Positions 15,148 to 23,018 of a stretch of DNA of 37,104 bases are shown here, piece after piece. The notes beneath the pieces were generated by a model. That model did not search any database and had not been told where the DNA came from. It saw nothing but the letters and a program-made list of their open reading frames with translations. Each line of letters opens with the position of its first letter. The stretch's first letter is position 1. This stretch comes from a virus, in IMG/VR virus record IMGVR_UViG_3300045988_090832, positions 1-37,104 of that record; one strand, written 5' to 3'. A program made the position numbers and the translations under genes.

Positions 15148-15595
15148 GATACAGGAGACCGAGCATTACAGTCTGTTCGATCACTGCACATACTACACGC
15201 GCGAATGCGTATTTACGCCGCAGGACGATGCGCGCGGGCTGTGCAGCGAGGTGCCGACAGCCATTTATGTGCCGGAGGAAATCAAGCAGGAGGGTCGGTG
15301 GCAGCCGCGCGTGACGGACGAGGAAAAACAGCAGCTTGTGAAAATGTATCAAGCAGGCATGCCTATTCGCGCTATTTCAAGGGAGACCGGACGTGCTTGC
15401 GATACGATCTCAAACGTACTGGAGGAGCTGGGCTGCCGGAAGAAGAAGCTGCATAAGTCGGTTCACTGGACGTATGAGGAATTTCAGAAGGCGGTAGCTA
15501 TGCGCAAGCGCGGCTATCTGTACAAGGAGATCGGCGCGGCGCTCGGCAAGAGTGATCATGCCGTGCAAAATAAGTTTGCGAGGGAGGGGTACTAA
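15092..15595 (+). CDS. DNA-binding protein with two HTH-like segments
   Basis: RBS GGAGGA. The C-terminal half, ...EEKQQLVKMYQAGMPIRAISRETGRACDTISNVLEE... and ...AVAMRKRGYLYKEIGAALGKSDHAVQNKF, looks like resolvase-HTH or Myb/sigma-r4-type motifs. Confidence 0.65.
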   Translation: MRKKEKTRVIWRHPQGRFEIQETEHYSLFDHCTYYTRECVFTPQDDARGLCSEVPTAIYVPEEIKQEGRWQPRVTDEEKQQLVKMYQAGMPIRAISRETGRACDTISNVLEELGCRKKKLHKSVHWTYEEFQKAVAMRKRGYLYKEIGAALGKSDHAVQNKFAREGY

Positions 15596-16003
15596 ATGAG
15601 CCTGCAGAAAATCCGTGAGGCGGTGCAGGCCGCCGAGGGCAACGCCCGCCAGATGGGCGAAGTTGTACTGATGATCGCCCAGGCGGACGTGCACGCCGCC
15701 GAGGTGATCGCCGCCGACCTTGATAACCCGGAGATGAGCTTTGACAAGTGCTTCACGGCGCTTCGGGCGTATGCGCAGAAGCATCAGAAGGGCGGTTTCT
15801 GGGGGTGCATGTGCAACAGCTACGACCCCGAGAACCCGGTGATCAAGGTCGCGGCTGACTTCTATAAGGTGAATTTGAGCGAAGCTCAAAGAGAGGATGC
15901 CCTGGGGCACAAGGTGGATTTGGGTGCGGCGGCAAGCGAGACGCCGGAAACCCAACCGCTTGGGCGCGGCAGTGATGATCTGGATTTGATGAGCCTGCTG
16001 TAA
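15596..16003 (+). CDS. PcfK-like protein (the family that includes AcrIIA9-type Cas9 inhibitors)
   Basis: ...AADLDNPEMSFDKCFTALRAYAQKHQKGGFWGCMCNSYDPENPVIKVAADFYKV fits my recollection of the PcfK-like pattern. It immediately precedes a PcfJ-like gene, as in pCF10-type elements. Confidence 0.55.
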   Translation: MSLQKIREAVQAAEGNARQMGEVVLMIAQADVHAAEVIAADLDNPEMSFDKCFTALRAYAQKHQKGGFWGCMCNSYDPENPVIKVAADFYKVNLSEAQREDALGHKVDLGAAASETPETQPLGRGSDDLDLMSLL

Positions 16004-16015
16004 GGAGGCGGGAAT

Positions 16016-17551
16016 GTGTTTGAGGTCAACGATATTCCGCCGATTGACAGCGGCGCGCTCGAGCAGCTCATTGATGAGTACGCCGAGCACAGGGAGTTCC
16101 TTTTCTTCCGGCGAAATCCGGGTGATGACCTCGACCCTTTTCTTGGGCACGAGGACGGATATGAATGCTTCTGCTCGAAGTGCAGGGAGCGCTTTGTACG
16201 GCCGCTCAAGGAAGGGCCTGCTTCGCACTGGGGCTTCTGCCCTGTCTGTCACGGCGCGGTCACTCCGAAACGGTGGGGCAGCGAGAATGCAAAATTCCTT
16301 GCTGCAGAGGCTTTCCTCTTTTCCTTCTTCCTGCACGGCAGAGGGCGCGAGGTTTGGCTCGTATCCTTACAGGTTCGGATGAACCCGCACTTTCTCGAGA
16401 GCAAATACTCCGGGCGCGAGGTGTCGCGAATCGTCTTTTACGAGGGCGGTGCGAAAAAGTGGAAATTCAACTTTCTGGATGATATCCAACCGGTGAAGCG
16501 GATCGCAATGCCAAGGTGGCAATATGGATGCTACGGCGGCGCTTATCCGAGTGTTCTCGCGATAAATTCGGCTGAGCTGCGTGGCACCTGCCTTGAATAC
16601 AGCTGCCTCGAGACTGCGAACTATGCGCTCGAAGATCTTGCGGCTTACCTCGCGCTTTACTGCCGCTATCCGGCGGCGGTTGAGCACCTTGTAAAGCGCG
16701 GCTTTATCCACTGGCTGCGGGAGCGCGAGAGTCGCGGCGGTGCGCTCTTTCAGCGCCTCATCAACCTGCGCGCGGACAGTCCGAAAAAGCTGTTTCGAGG
16801 GCTCGACCGCGCAGACCTGCGCGCGCTGCTTGCCGCGAATGCGTCGCTGCAAACGGCGCTCTTTTACCGCGAGCTGAGGCGCGCGGGCGCGGCACGGGCA
16901 GACGAGGACAGCGTTTATTTCGCTATGACTGCCTCTGCGGTCCTGTGTGAGTTTTCTGAGTTTTCCGCGCTCTGCACGGACTTCGGGGAGACGCCGAAGG
17001 AGGTGCGCAGGTACATTGAGCGCCAGGCACGGCGCGCGGATCAGACGCTTCATGCGGCATTGACCGAGCTGCGGGACTATCACGGACAGCTCGACCGGCT
17101 CGGCCTTGACGGCGGTCAACTGCCGCCGGATCTGCATGAGGCACATGCCCGGCTGAGCGAACGCGAACGGCGGCTTATGAACCGCGAGAAAAACGAGAAG
17201 TTCCGCACGCGGCGTCATCTGCTGGCGTGGATGCGGTGGAAGTACAAGGGTATGTTTATCCGCCCGGTGGACAGCGCAGAGGAAATCGTGCGCGAGGGCG
17301 AGAAACAGAATAACTGCGTTGCAGGCTATGCCACGCGGCACGCGGACGGCAAGACCATCATCATGGTGCTGCGAAAACGCAGCGAACCGAGGAAACCGTG
17401 GCACACGGTGGAAATTGACCCGAAAACGCTGAAATGCAGGCAGTGCTACACCGCGCACAATCACAAGCGCACACCGGAGGCTGCGGAGTTTATGGACAAA
17501 TACCTCGACCATTTGCGCGAGGTCACGAAAATGATAAGGAGGTCAGCATAA
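16016..17551 (+). CDS. PcfJ-like protein
   Basis: GTG start 7 nt after AAGGAGGCGG. The C-terminal ...EGEKQNNCVAGYATRHADGKTIIMVLRKRSEPRKPWHTVEIDPKTLKCRQCYTAHNH matches the conserved PcfJ C-terminal core. There is an N-terminal Cys cluster (CSKC...CPVCHG). Confidence 0.7.
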   Translation: MFEVNDIPPIDSGALEQLIDEYAEHREFLFFRRNPGDDLDPFLGHEDGYECFCSKCRERFVRPLKEGPASHWGFCPVCHGAVTPKRWGSENAKFLAAEAFLFSFFLHGRGREVWLVSLQVRMNPHFLESKYSGREVSRIVFYEGGAKKWKFNFLDDIQPVKRIAMPRWQYGCYGGAYPSVLAINSAELRGTCLEYSCLETANYALEDLAAYLALYCRYPAAVEHLVKRGFIHWLRERESRGGALFQRLINLRADSPKKLFRGLDRADLRALLAANASLQTALFYRELRRAGAARADEDSVYFAMTASAVLCEFSEFSALCTDFGETPKEVRRYIERQARRADQTLHAALTELRDYHGQLDRLGLDGGQLPPDLHEAHARLSERERRLMNREKNEKFRTRRHLLAWMRWKYKGMFIRPVDSAEEIVREGEKQNNCVAGYATRHADGKTIIMVLRKRSEPRKPWHTVEIDPKTLKCRQCYTAHNHKRTPEAAEFMDKYLDHLREVTKMIRRSA

Positions 17552-18448
17552 ATGAGTGAAAATGTAGTTGCGGTTCGGTCGATCGAGATCGTAACCGCTG
17601 AAATCACGATGATCCGGGACAATGCCCGCAAGGTTTTTCTGGAGAGTGTTATCCAGATCGGCACGCGGCTTGAGGAAGCCAAGCAGATGGTGCCCTCCGG
17701 CGAGTGGACGGCGTATCTGACGGACAAGCTCGGCTACAAGCCCAGTACGGCGCAGAATTACATGCGCATTGCACGCGAGTTCGGCGGCGGGCAGGTGAGC
17801 CTTGCCGGAAAGACGGCAGCGGATTTCTTCGGTAACCTGTCCTATTCGCAGATTCTGCCGCTGCTCGGCATGGCTGAGGAGGAGCGCGAGGAGCTTGCCG
17901 AGGAGCACGATCTGCCGAGCATGTCGAGCCGCGAGATTGCGGCGCTGGTCAAGGAGCGGGACGAGGCCAAGGCGGAGGCGGAAAAGGCGGTGCGTGAGAA
18001 CGATGCCGCGCAGGCGGCACTGTCCGTTGCCGAGGAGACCCGCGGCAAGGCTATGCGCGAACGGGATGAAGCTGTGCGAAATGCCGAGAATGCCAAGGAA
18101 CGGGCGGACGAACTGCAGGAACAGCTTGACGCGATCGAGGACAAGCCCGCCGATGTGCGCGAGCTGACCGAGGAGGAACTTGAGGAAATCCGCGAAAAGG
18201 TACTCGCAGAGAACGCCGAAGCGGCCAAGGCGGCAGAGGAACGCGCCCGCGCTGCCGAGGAAAAGCTGGACAAGGTGAAGAACCCTGCGGCGCACAAGGT
18301 CAATTTTCTGTTTGGCGAGGTGCGCGGACTGGTCGAACGACTCGAGCAGGCGCTTGAGGAGCTGCAGCAGACGGATGAGGCCGCCTGCGAGAAGTTCGCA
18401 AAGGTGATTGCGGACTGGCTGCGCAAGGAAGGGGATCGTCTGGCGTGA
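17552..18448 (+). CDS. DUF3102 domain protein with an acidic coiled-coil C-terminus
   Basis: ...IVTAEITMIRDNARKVFLESVIQIGTRLEEAKQMVPSGEWTAYLTDKLGYKPSTAQNYMRIAREFG is the DUF3102 signature (IEIGrrL.eaK..l.hGeW..WL...). Confidence 0.75.
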   Translation: MSENVVAVRSIEIVTAEITMIRDNARKVFLESVIQIGTRLEEAKQMVPSGEWTAYLTDKLGYKPSTAQNYMRIAREFGGGQVSLAGKTAADFFGNLSYSQILPLLGMAEEEREELAEEHDLPSMSSREIAALVKERDEAKAEAEKAVRENDAAQAALSVAEETRGKAMRERDEAVRNAENAKERADELQEQLDAIEDKPADVRELTEEELEEIREKVLAENAEAAKAAEERARAAEEKLDKVKNPAAHKVNFLFGEVRGLVERLEQALEELQQTDEAACEKFAKVIADWLRKEGDRLA

Positions 18449-18789
18449 AGAAGAAAGGCAAAGGCAAGCCGCGGGGCATGAATTACGCCGATGTGCTCAA
18501 GGCGCGGCGGGATCGCTTGCAACTGGCGATGGATGAGGCGGCGCTTTTGAACGTCGAGCAGAGCATGCAGCGGTATCTCTGGCTGATGGCGGTCAGCCTG
18601 CACGATGCTTACGGCTTCGGTCCGGAGCGCCTGCAGAAGTTTTTCGAGGCGTTTCAGGAGAACTCGGACGAGCTTGCGAAAATGCGGGCAGAGGTAGACG
18701 ACGATTACGCCTTTGAAAAGCTGCGGCTGCGGGCGGAGGACGTCAGCCGGATGGATATTCGTTATTACGGGAAACTCAAGATTGATTAG
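18445..18789 (+). CDS. Hypothetical protein (114 aa)
   Basis: GTG start overlapping the upstream stop (GTGA). No family recognised. Confidence 0.5.
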   Translation: MKKKGKGKPRGMNYADVLKARRDRLQLAMDEAALLNVEQSMQRYLWLMAVSLHDAYGFGPERLQKFFEAFQENSDELAKMRAEVDDDYAFEKLRLRAEDVSRMDIRYYGKLKID

Positions 18790-18802
18790 GAGGAACTGAT
18801 AC

Positions 18803-19162
18803 ATGAATGCAAAGAGAGCGGCAAAGCTGATGCAGATCGCCCATTATTACGGCGAGGAAAAGCAGGTCTGCAAGCTGATGGAAGAATTGGGCGAGGCTAC
18901 GAGCGCGGCAAGCGAGGTGCTGATGCTGCTCAGCTATCACGAGCAGGGCGGCAAAAAGCGTGACCTGACCGCGAGACTCGAGCACCTTGCCGGGGAACTG
19001 GCCGATGTGGTCAATGTCACTGAGCAGATCATTCAGCTTTTTGGACTGGAAACCGATTTTAAGGTGGCGCGGCACGCGGGAATTCAGAAAACCTTGAAGA
19101 GAATCAGAGAGGAGGAACAGGCGAATGAGACACGAGATGAGCCTGCGCGGCGGAATCTTTAA
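18803..19162 (+). CDS. MazG-like nucleotide pyrophosphohydrolase (small phage type)
   Basis: ...KLMEELGEATSAASEV......RLEHLAGELADVVNVTEQIIQLFG shows the EE.GE...E.aDv helix pair typical of MazG-like proteins. RBS GGAGGA. Confidence 0.6.
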   Translation: MNAKRAAKLMQIAHYYGEEKQVCKLMEELGEATSAASEVLMLLSYHEQGGKKRDLTARLEHLAGELADVVNVTEQIIQLFGLETDFKVARHAGIQKTLKRIREEEQANETRDEPARRNL

Positions 19163-19517
19163 CGGCGCTGTCAATCTGTTTGATGACAAACTGCAGGATG
19201 TGCTGTTTACGCTGGTGCGGCAGGGACTGTGCGAGGGTGAGGTGACACTCAAGGTTAGCATTGATCTTGCGCGCAAGGAGATTATCGACGAGGACGGCAT
19301 GCCGCATGATGTTGATCAGCCTTATTTTGCATACAGCTGCACCTCATCTATTACCCAGAAGGATAAGGTCAGCGGCGCAGTGGCCGAGCAGCTTAAACTG
19401 CGCAAGGTAGACGGTCAGCTCGAACTGCGCGATCTCGACGAGAACACGCTGTTTGATATTGTGGAGGGTGGTGTTCAGGATGGAGCGCAGCCCGGCAGAG
19501 ACGGCACACCTGGCTGA
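19125..19517 (+). CDS. Hypothetical protein (130 aa)
   Basis: ATG follows GAGGAGGA. Overlaps the end of the MazG-like gene. Confidence 0.5.
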   Translation: MRHEMSLRGGIFNGAVNLFDDKLQDVLFTLVRQGLCEGEVTLKVSIDLARKEIIDEDGMPHDVDQPYFAYSCTSSITQKDKVSGAVAEQLKLRKVDGQLELRDLDENTLFDIVEGGVQDGAQPGRDGTPG

Positions 19518-19746
19518 TTCGCATTACAGCCGGTCGTTCGGACGGCCGCCGGATAATGAAATGCGTGAGTTTATCCGGAACGCCGCCGAGCACGGTCTGA
19601 CAGCGGACGAGCTGATCAACTGCATGACGGCGGCTGTGGTTACTTATGGTTTTGGCGCCTATGAGCGCGATTATCGAAAGGTTTTCGTGGCTGAGGCGCG
19701 GAAGGTTTGGAAGATGAAAAACGGAAAAGAGAAAGCCAGCCCGTGA
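19480..19746 (+). CDS. Hypothetical protein (88 aa)
   Basis: MERSPAETAHLADSHYSRSFGRPPDNEMREFIRNAAEHGLTADELINCM... Last gene of the rightward early operon. Confidence 0.45.
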   Translation: MERSPAETAHLADSHYSRSFGRPPDNEMREFIRNAAEHGLTADELINCMTAAVVTYGFGAYERDYRKVFVAEARKVWKMKNGKEKASP

Positions 19747-19758
19747 AGGGCTGGCTTT
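19734..19758. terminator. Hairpin between convergent operons (probable bidirectional terminator)
   Basis: AGCCAGCCC-GTGAA-GGGCTGGCT followed by TTT. Overlaps the stop of 19480..19746 and sits 15 nt from the stop of the minus-strand gene. Confidence 0.6.
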
Positions 19759-19772
19759 GAGGACTATTAACT

Positions 19773-20171
19773 TTATTGCTCTGCCTTAAAGATGAGCGAT
19801 TCGAAGTATGCGGCAAGTGTGATTTTCTGCTGTGCGGCTGCACGGCGCGCCTTTTCGATGGCGGCGGCGCTGATTGAGAGCGACAGCGGAACGCGGGTAT
19901 TGTCCTCTTCGTCGATCAGGCCAAAGAGGCTCTGATACTGATCAGCATCGAGGTGCTCTTCGGCCCATTCGCGCGCTTCCTCATAGGTCAGCGGCTCTAT
20001 TGCGTCCTCTACACCGCGATAGCCTTCGCGGTAAATGAAGTATTCGCCTGTGCGCTTACGGTATAGAGTCTGTCCGTAGTACACATCAGCGACCGAGCCG
20101 CGGTCGATCCGGTTCGATACCGCTTTCGCAGTATCGGTGTCGTACAATTTTCCGGTGATAATCTTTTTCAT
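19773..20171 (-). CDS. Two-domain protein with C-terminal ribbon-helix-helix-like segment
   Basis: RBS AAGAGGAGGAAAAACC-ATG. MKKIITGKLYDTDTAKAV...GEYFIYREGYRG.... The C-terminus RVPLSLSISAAAIEKARRAAAQQKITLAAYFESLI has the strand-helix-helix pattern of CopG/Arc-type folds. Confidence 0.65.
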   Translation of the reverse strand: MKKIITGKLYDTDTAKAVSNRIDRGSVADVYYGQTLYRKRTGEYFIYREGYRGVEDAIEPLTYEEAREWAEEHLDADQYQSLFGLIDEEDNTRVPLSLSISAAAIEKARRAAAQQKITLAAYFESLIFKAEQ

Positions 20172-20185
20172 GGTTTTTCCTCCTC

Positions 20186-20551
20186 TTAATTCTCGGTGCG
20201 GTCGATCCACTGCTTGGAATTGGCGTCCCATACTTTATTTGCTCGGAGTGTGCTCATTACGAGATCGTGCAGGTGATCAAAATCGAGCTGACCGCCCATA
20301 TTGATGACGTGCTCTGCATTTTTGAACTGCTCGCTTTCGCAGCAACAATTCAAAAAACGGCGGACCTCATCGACCTGTGCGTATGTGTAGCCCGCCAGCT
20401 TTTCGCCGTGGCCGGCATCGTAGGAGTCCAACTTGCGAATGTAGTTCTCCATATTGTCGAGGTTTGCGAAAGCCTCGTCGAGGATATCATACGCCCAGCT
20501 GCACTGCTTTTTGGAACCCTTGGTAAATGTAAGAACTTCTCGGATACTCAT
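20186..20551 (-). CDS. Hypothetical protein (121 aa), first gene of the counter-oriented cassette
   Basis: RBS AAGGAGGAAATAAAA-ATG. No family recognised. Contains a CCC triplet (FLNCCCESEQF). Confidence 0.6.
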   Translation of the reverse strand: MSIREVLTFTKGSKKQCSWAYDILDEAFANLDNMENYIRKLDSYDAGHGEKLAGYTYAQVDEVRRFLNCCCESEQFKNAEHVINMGGQLDFDHLHDLVMSTLRANKVWDANSKQWIDRTEN

Positions 20552-20600
20552 TTTTATTTCCTCCTTGATTGGTGGATTCTGTTCCCTTTTCTATGGTTTT

Positions 20601-20629
20601 ATTATATCATAGACTTGCAATGAAGTCAA
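20601..20629 (-). promoter_or_regulatory. Near-consensus sigma-70-type promoter driving the minus-strand two-gene cassette
   Basis: Minus strand reads TTGACT-17 nt-TGATATAAT (extended -10). The -10 is at 20601..20606 and the -35 at 20624..20629. Lies in an AT-rich intergenic region. Confidence 0.65.
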
Positions 20630-20807
20630 GCAAAATACAAATTAAAATAAACTCTATATATACAAGAATTGCAATGTATTTTGTGTAATCTGCTATATCT
20701 CTGAGCGCAGGCGCGGGAGCCGGCTCGGGGAGCAATATGCCCGCGGTCGGGGATCTTTATGCTTGCATAAGCCAAGGCTGCAGGGCAACCCGGAATAAAG
20801 GTGAATT

Positions 20808-21602
20808 ATGTTATATCAAAAACAGGAGTGCAACGGTGCGCTCTATCAGATGTGTTTATATTCCATGGGCACGATGCCGGGCATGTCGCCCAGGCAGAGG
20901 GCGGGCAGACGGCGGACAACCGAGAAGGCCAAGCAGGAGATCAACCGGCGACAGCGCAAGTGGCGGCTGATGCAGCTGATCAACGCCAATTTTGTGAGCG
21001 GTCGGGATCTGTTTGTTTGCTTGACGTATGCGCCGGAGGCGTCCAGAGCGCGGGCTTTGGAGAAATTCCATGCGAAGATGAAAAAGGCGTATGCAAAGAT
21101 TGGCCTTAAATACAAGTACATAGCAGTAACAGAGGAGCACGACATGGACGGTGAGCCGGTGCGGCTGCATCACCACCTGATCCTCAGCGGTGCGGCCGAT
21201 GTGCGGCTGGCCGAGGTGGTGCGTGAGTGCTGGCCGAATGGTCTGGCCGATGTGCGGACTCTGCGCGAGGGCGCGGACTTTTTTGAGGACACCGCCATCT
21301 ATCTGCTCAAGGAGGACAGCCACAAGGGCAAGGGCGCCCGCCGGTACTCCACCAGCCGCAATCTGACCCCGCCTGCAGAGCCGGTTCGGCTTAGACTGGG
21401 CGAGGAGGAGGAGGCCGAAGTGCCGCCCGGCGTGAAAATCATCGAGCATGTACAGAATGCGAACGAGTTCGGCCGCTATGAGGTTATGGTCGGCCGCATT
21501 TACAACCAGGCGGCGTTTAGCGCGTGGTGGGCGGCACAGCGGCGCAAGGCTGCTCCCGATCCGTGGGAACGGCTGCGCAGGAGACGGCAAAGAAAAGTTT
21601 AA
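20808..21602 (+). CDS. rep: HUH-type rolling-circle replication initiator (Rep)
   Basis: Three motifs appear in the canonical order: FVCLTY (motif 1), RLHHHLIL (HUH, motif 2) and TAIYLLKE (catalytic Y..K, motif 3). The N- and C-termini are basic. Confidence 0.65.
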   Translation: MLYQKQECNGALYQMCLYSMGTMPGMSPRQRAGRRRTTEKAKQEINRRQRKWRLMQLINANFVSGRDLFVCLTYAPEASRARALEKFHAKMKKAYAKIGLKYKYIAVTEEHDMDGEPVRLHHHLILSGAADVRLAEVVRECWPNGLADVRTLREGADFFEDTAIYLLKEDSHKGKGARRYSTSRNLTPPAEPVRLRLGEEEEAEVPPGVKIIEHVQNANEFGRYEVMVGRIYNQAAFSAWWAAQRRKAAPDPWERLRRRRQRKV

Positions 21603-21779
21603 GATATCGGCGGCCGGGTCCGCCTGACAGCCTTGTAGGGGGTCTAACAATTCCCCTGCGGTTTATCGGAGAGGTTCGGACGAATGAATACAGACTGTAA
21701 TCACATTACTGTTTGTACTCTCTCAAAGGACGGAGCGCGCGGAAGCGCGTAACGGTGACGAGCGCAAGGCGGGAGGCCG

Positions 21780-22166
21780 ATGCGGCAGGAGGTGTATCTG
21801 GTGACAAAAGACAGATTGCGGCAGATTGAAAGTCTGGTCTGTGAACTGGAAGAAGAAAGAGAACGGTTTGCGCGGGAGGCTCGGCATCACAAGCGGATCG
21901 AGGAGACTTACGGCGTCGGCTGTCTGTTTGGCCGGGATGCACTGGACGCGGCACGCGATCGTCTGCAGGCCATTGAGGCCGAGTGCCAGGATGAGCGCGA
22001 CACGGTGCGGCAGTGGATCGACAGCGTTTCCGACTCCATGACCCGGCGCGCCCTGCGGCTGCGGTATCTGGATGGGAAGAGCTGGGGCGAGTGCGCCCGG
22101 CGGATGGGGTACGCGGATGAGAGCGGACCGAGGAAGCTGGTCGAACGATATATGCGGATGGACTGA
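21780..22166 (+). CDS. Sigma-70 region-4-like transcriptional regulator (candidate late activator)
   Basis: N-terminal coiled coil. The C-terminal ...TRRALRLRYLDGKSWGECARRMGYADESGPRKLVERYM is a region-4 HTH pattern. An alternative start is GTG 21801, 8 nt after AGGAGG. Lies upstream of the packaging genes. Confidence 0.6.
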   Translation: MRQEVYLVTKDRLRQIESLVCELEEERERFAREARHHKRIEETYGVGCLFGRDALDAARDRLQAIEAECQDERDTVRQWIDSVSDSMTRRALRLRYLDGKSWGECARRMGYADESGPRKLVERYMRMD

Positions 22167-22276
22167 CGATGTGTCACCCGTCCGCTTTGCTGTGCCCTGC
22201 GGTGTAAAAATAGAACATGCCCAAACGGGCAGGTGTGCAGGAGCGCCGAAAAACGTAAAAATAACATGGTTTTCCG

Positions 22277-22302
22277 CTTTGTTTTACAGTTGTAAAGCAA
22301 AG
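22277..22302. promoter_or_regulatory. 26-bp imperfect palindrome (12-2-12) upstream of the small serine recombinase; candidate crossover or res-type site
   Basis: CTTTGTTTTACA-GT-TGTAAAGCAAAG. The 12-bp arms match at 11 of 12 positions around a central dinucleotide, the architecture of serine recombinase core sites (hix, gix, res site I). Further degenerate TGTAAAA/TTTACAAAA elements lie at about 22203..22217 and 22312..22324. Confidence 0.45.
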
Positions 22303-22345
22303 TCAAGAATACAACTTTACAAAACATCAACAAGGAGTGGATAAC

Positions 22346-22936
22346 ATGGCAAACGGAGCAAAATTAGCGTATGTGCGCGTATCGACTGAGGAACAGAACG
22401 AGGCGCGGCAGGTGGAAGCCTTGAAGCAGTATGACATTGACAAGTGGTTTATCGAGAAGGTGAGCGGCAAGGATATGAACCGCCCGAAGCTGCGGGAAAT
22501 GCTGGACTATGCCCGAGAGGGCGATACAATCTACATCCACGACTTTTCCCGTATCAGCCGAAGCGTTGCTGACCTGATGACGCTGACCAAGGATTTACAG
22601 GAACGCGGCATCCATCTGAAAAGCAACAAGGAGGGCTTTGACACCATGACCCCTATGGGGCGTGCGATGATCGGCTTTATTGCGATCATCAATCAGTTTG
22701 AGCGGGAAAACATGCTTGAACGCCAGCGGGAGGGAATCGAGATCGCCAAGCGCGAGGGCAAGTATAAGGGACGCAAAAAAACCGAGATTGCAGACATGGC
22801 GGGTGTATATTATGACTGGGTGACACGACACAAGAGCAAGGCAACGCTCGCACGGGAGCACGGCATCAGCAGACCGACCTTAGACCGGCTGCTTAAGGAA
22901 TACGAGCAGGAGTTTGTTGCAAAATCGAATAGCTGA
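22346..22936 (+). CDS. Small serine recombinase (resolvase/invertase family)
   Basis: AYVRVSTEEQNEARQ...GDTIYIHDFSRISRS...FERENMLERQREGI...C-terminal HTH (ATLAREHGISRPTLDRLL). About 196 aa. AAGGAG lies 9 nt upstream of ATG 22346. Confidence 0.9.
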   Translation: MANGAKLAYVRVSTEEQNEARQVEALKQYDIDKWFIEKVSGKDMNRPKLREMLDYAREGDTIYIHDFSRISRSVADLMTLTKDLQERGIHLKSNKEGFDTMTPMGRAMIGFIAIINQFERENMLERQREGIEIAKREGKYKGRKKTEIADMAGVYYDWVTRHKSKATLAREHGISRPTLDRLLKEYEQEFVAKSNS

Positions 22937-22943
22937 AAACACA

Positions 22944-22985
22944 AGCGCTTAGGCGGGCTGTATGGCTCGGCTGAGCGCTTTTTTG
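22944..22985 (+). terminator. Probable terminator after the serine recombinase gene
   Basis: AGCGCTTAG...CTGAGCGCT stem (9 bp including one G.U, large loop) followed by TTTTTT. Confidence 0.5.
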
Positions 22986-23000
22986 CTGTCAGAACAAAGT

Positions 23001-23018
23001 TGTCCGTTTTGTCCGTTT
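23001..23018. repeat. Tandem 9-bp repeat TGTCCGTTT x2 upstream of terS
   Basis: TGTCCGTTTTGTCCGTTT, followed 8 nt later by TATACT (23027..23032). Possible late promoter/activator site or pac-related element. Function not established. Confidence 0.6.

Noticed and set aside
21683-21751. A tiny ORF (MNTDCNHITVCTLSKDGARGSA) in the Rep-to-regulator gap.
   Set aside because: It is only 22 codons with a weak SD and no supporting features. The region more plausibly holds regulatory or origin hairpins.
22346-22936. The small serine recombinase acting as a Gin/Cin-like invertase of the tail-fibre segment.
   Set aside because: It lies 12 kb from the invertible segment. The 26-bp palindrome upstream of its own gene has no resemblance to the fibre inverted repeats, and a tyrosine recombinase sits directly beside the segment. 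This is not excluded experimentally.
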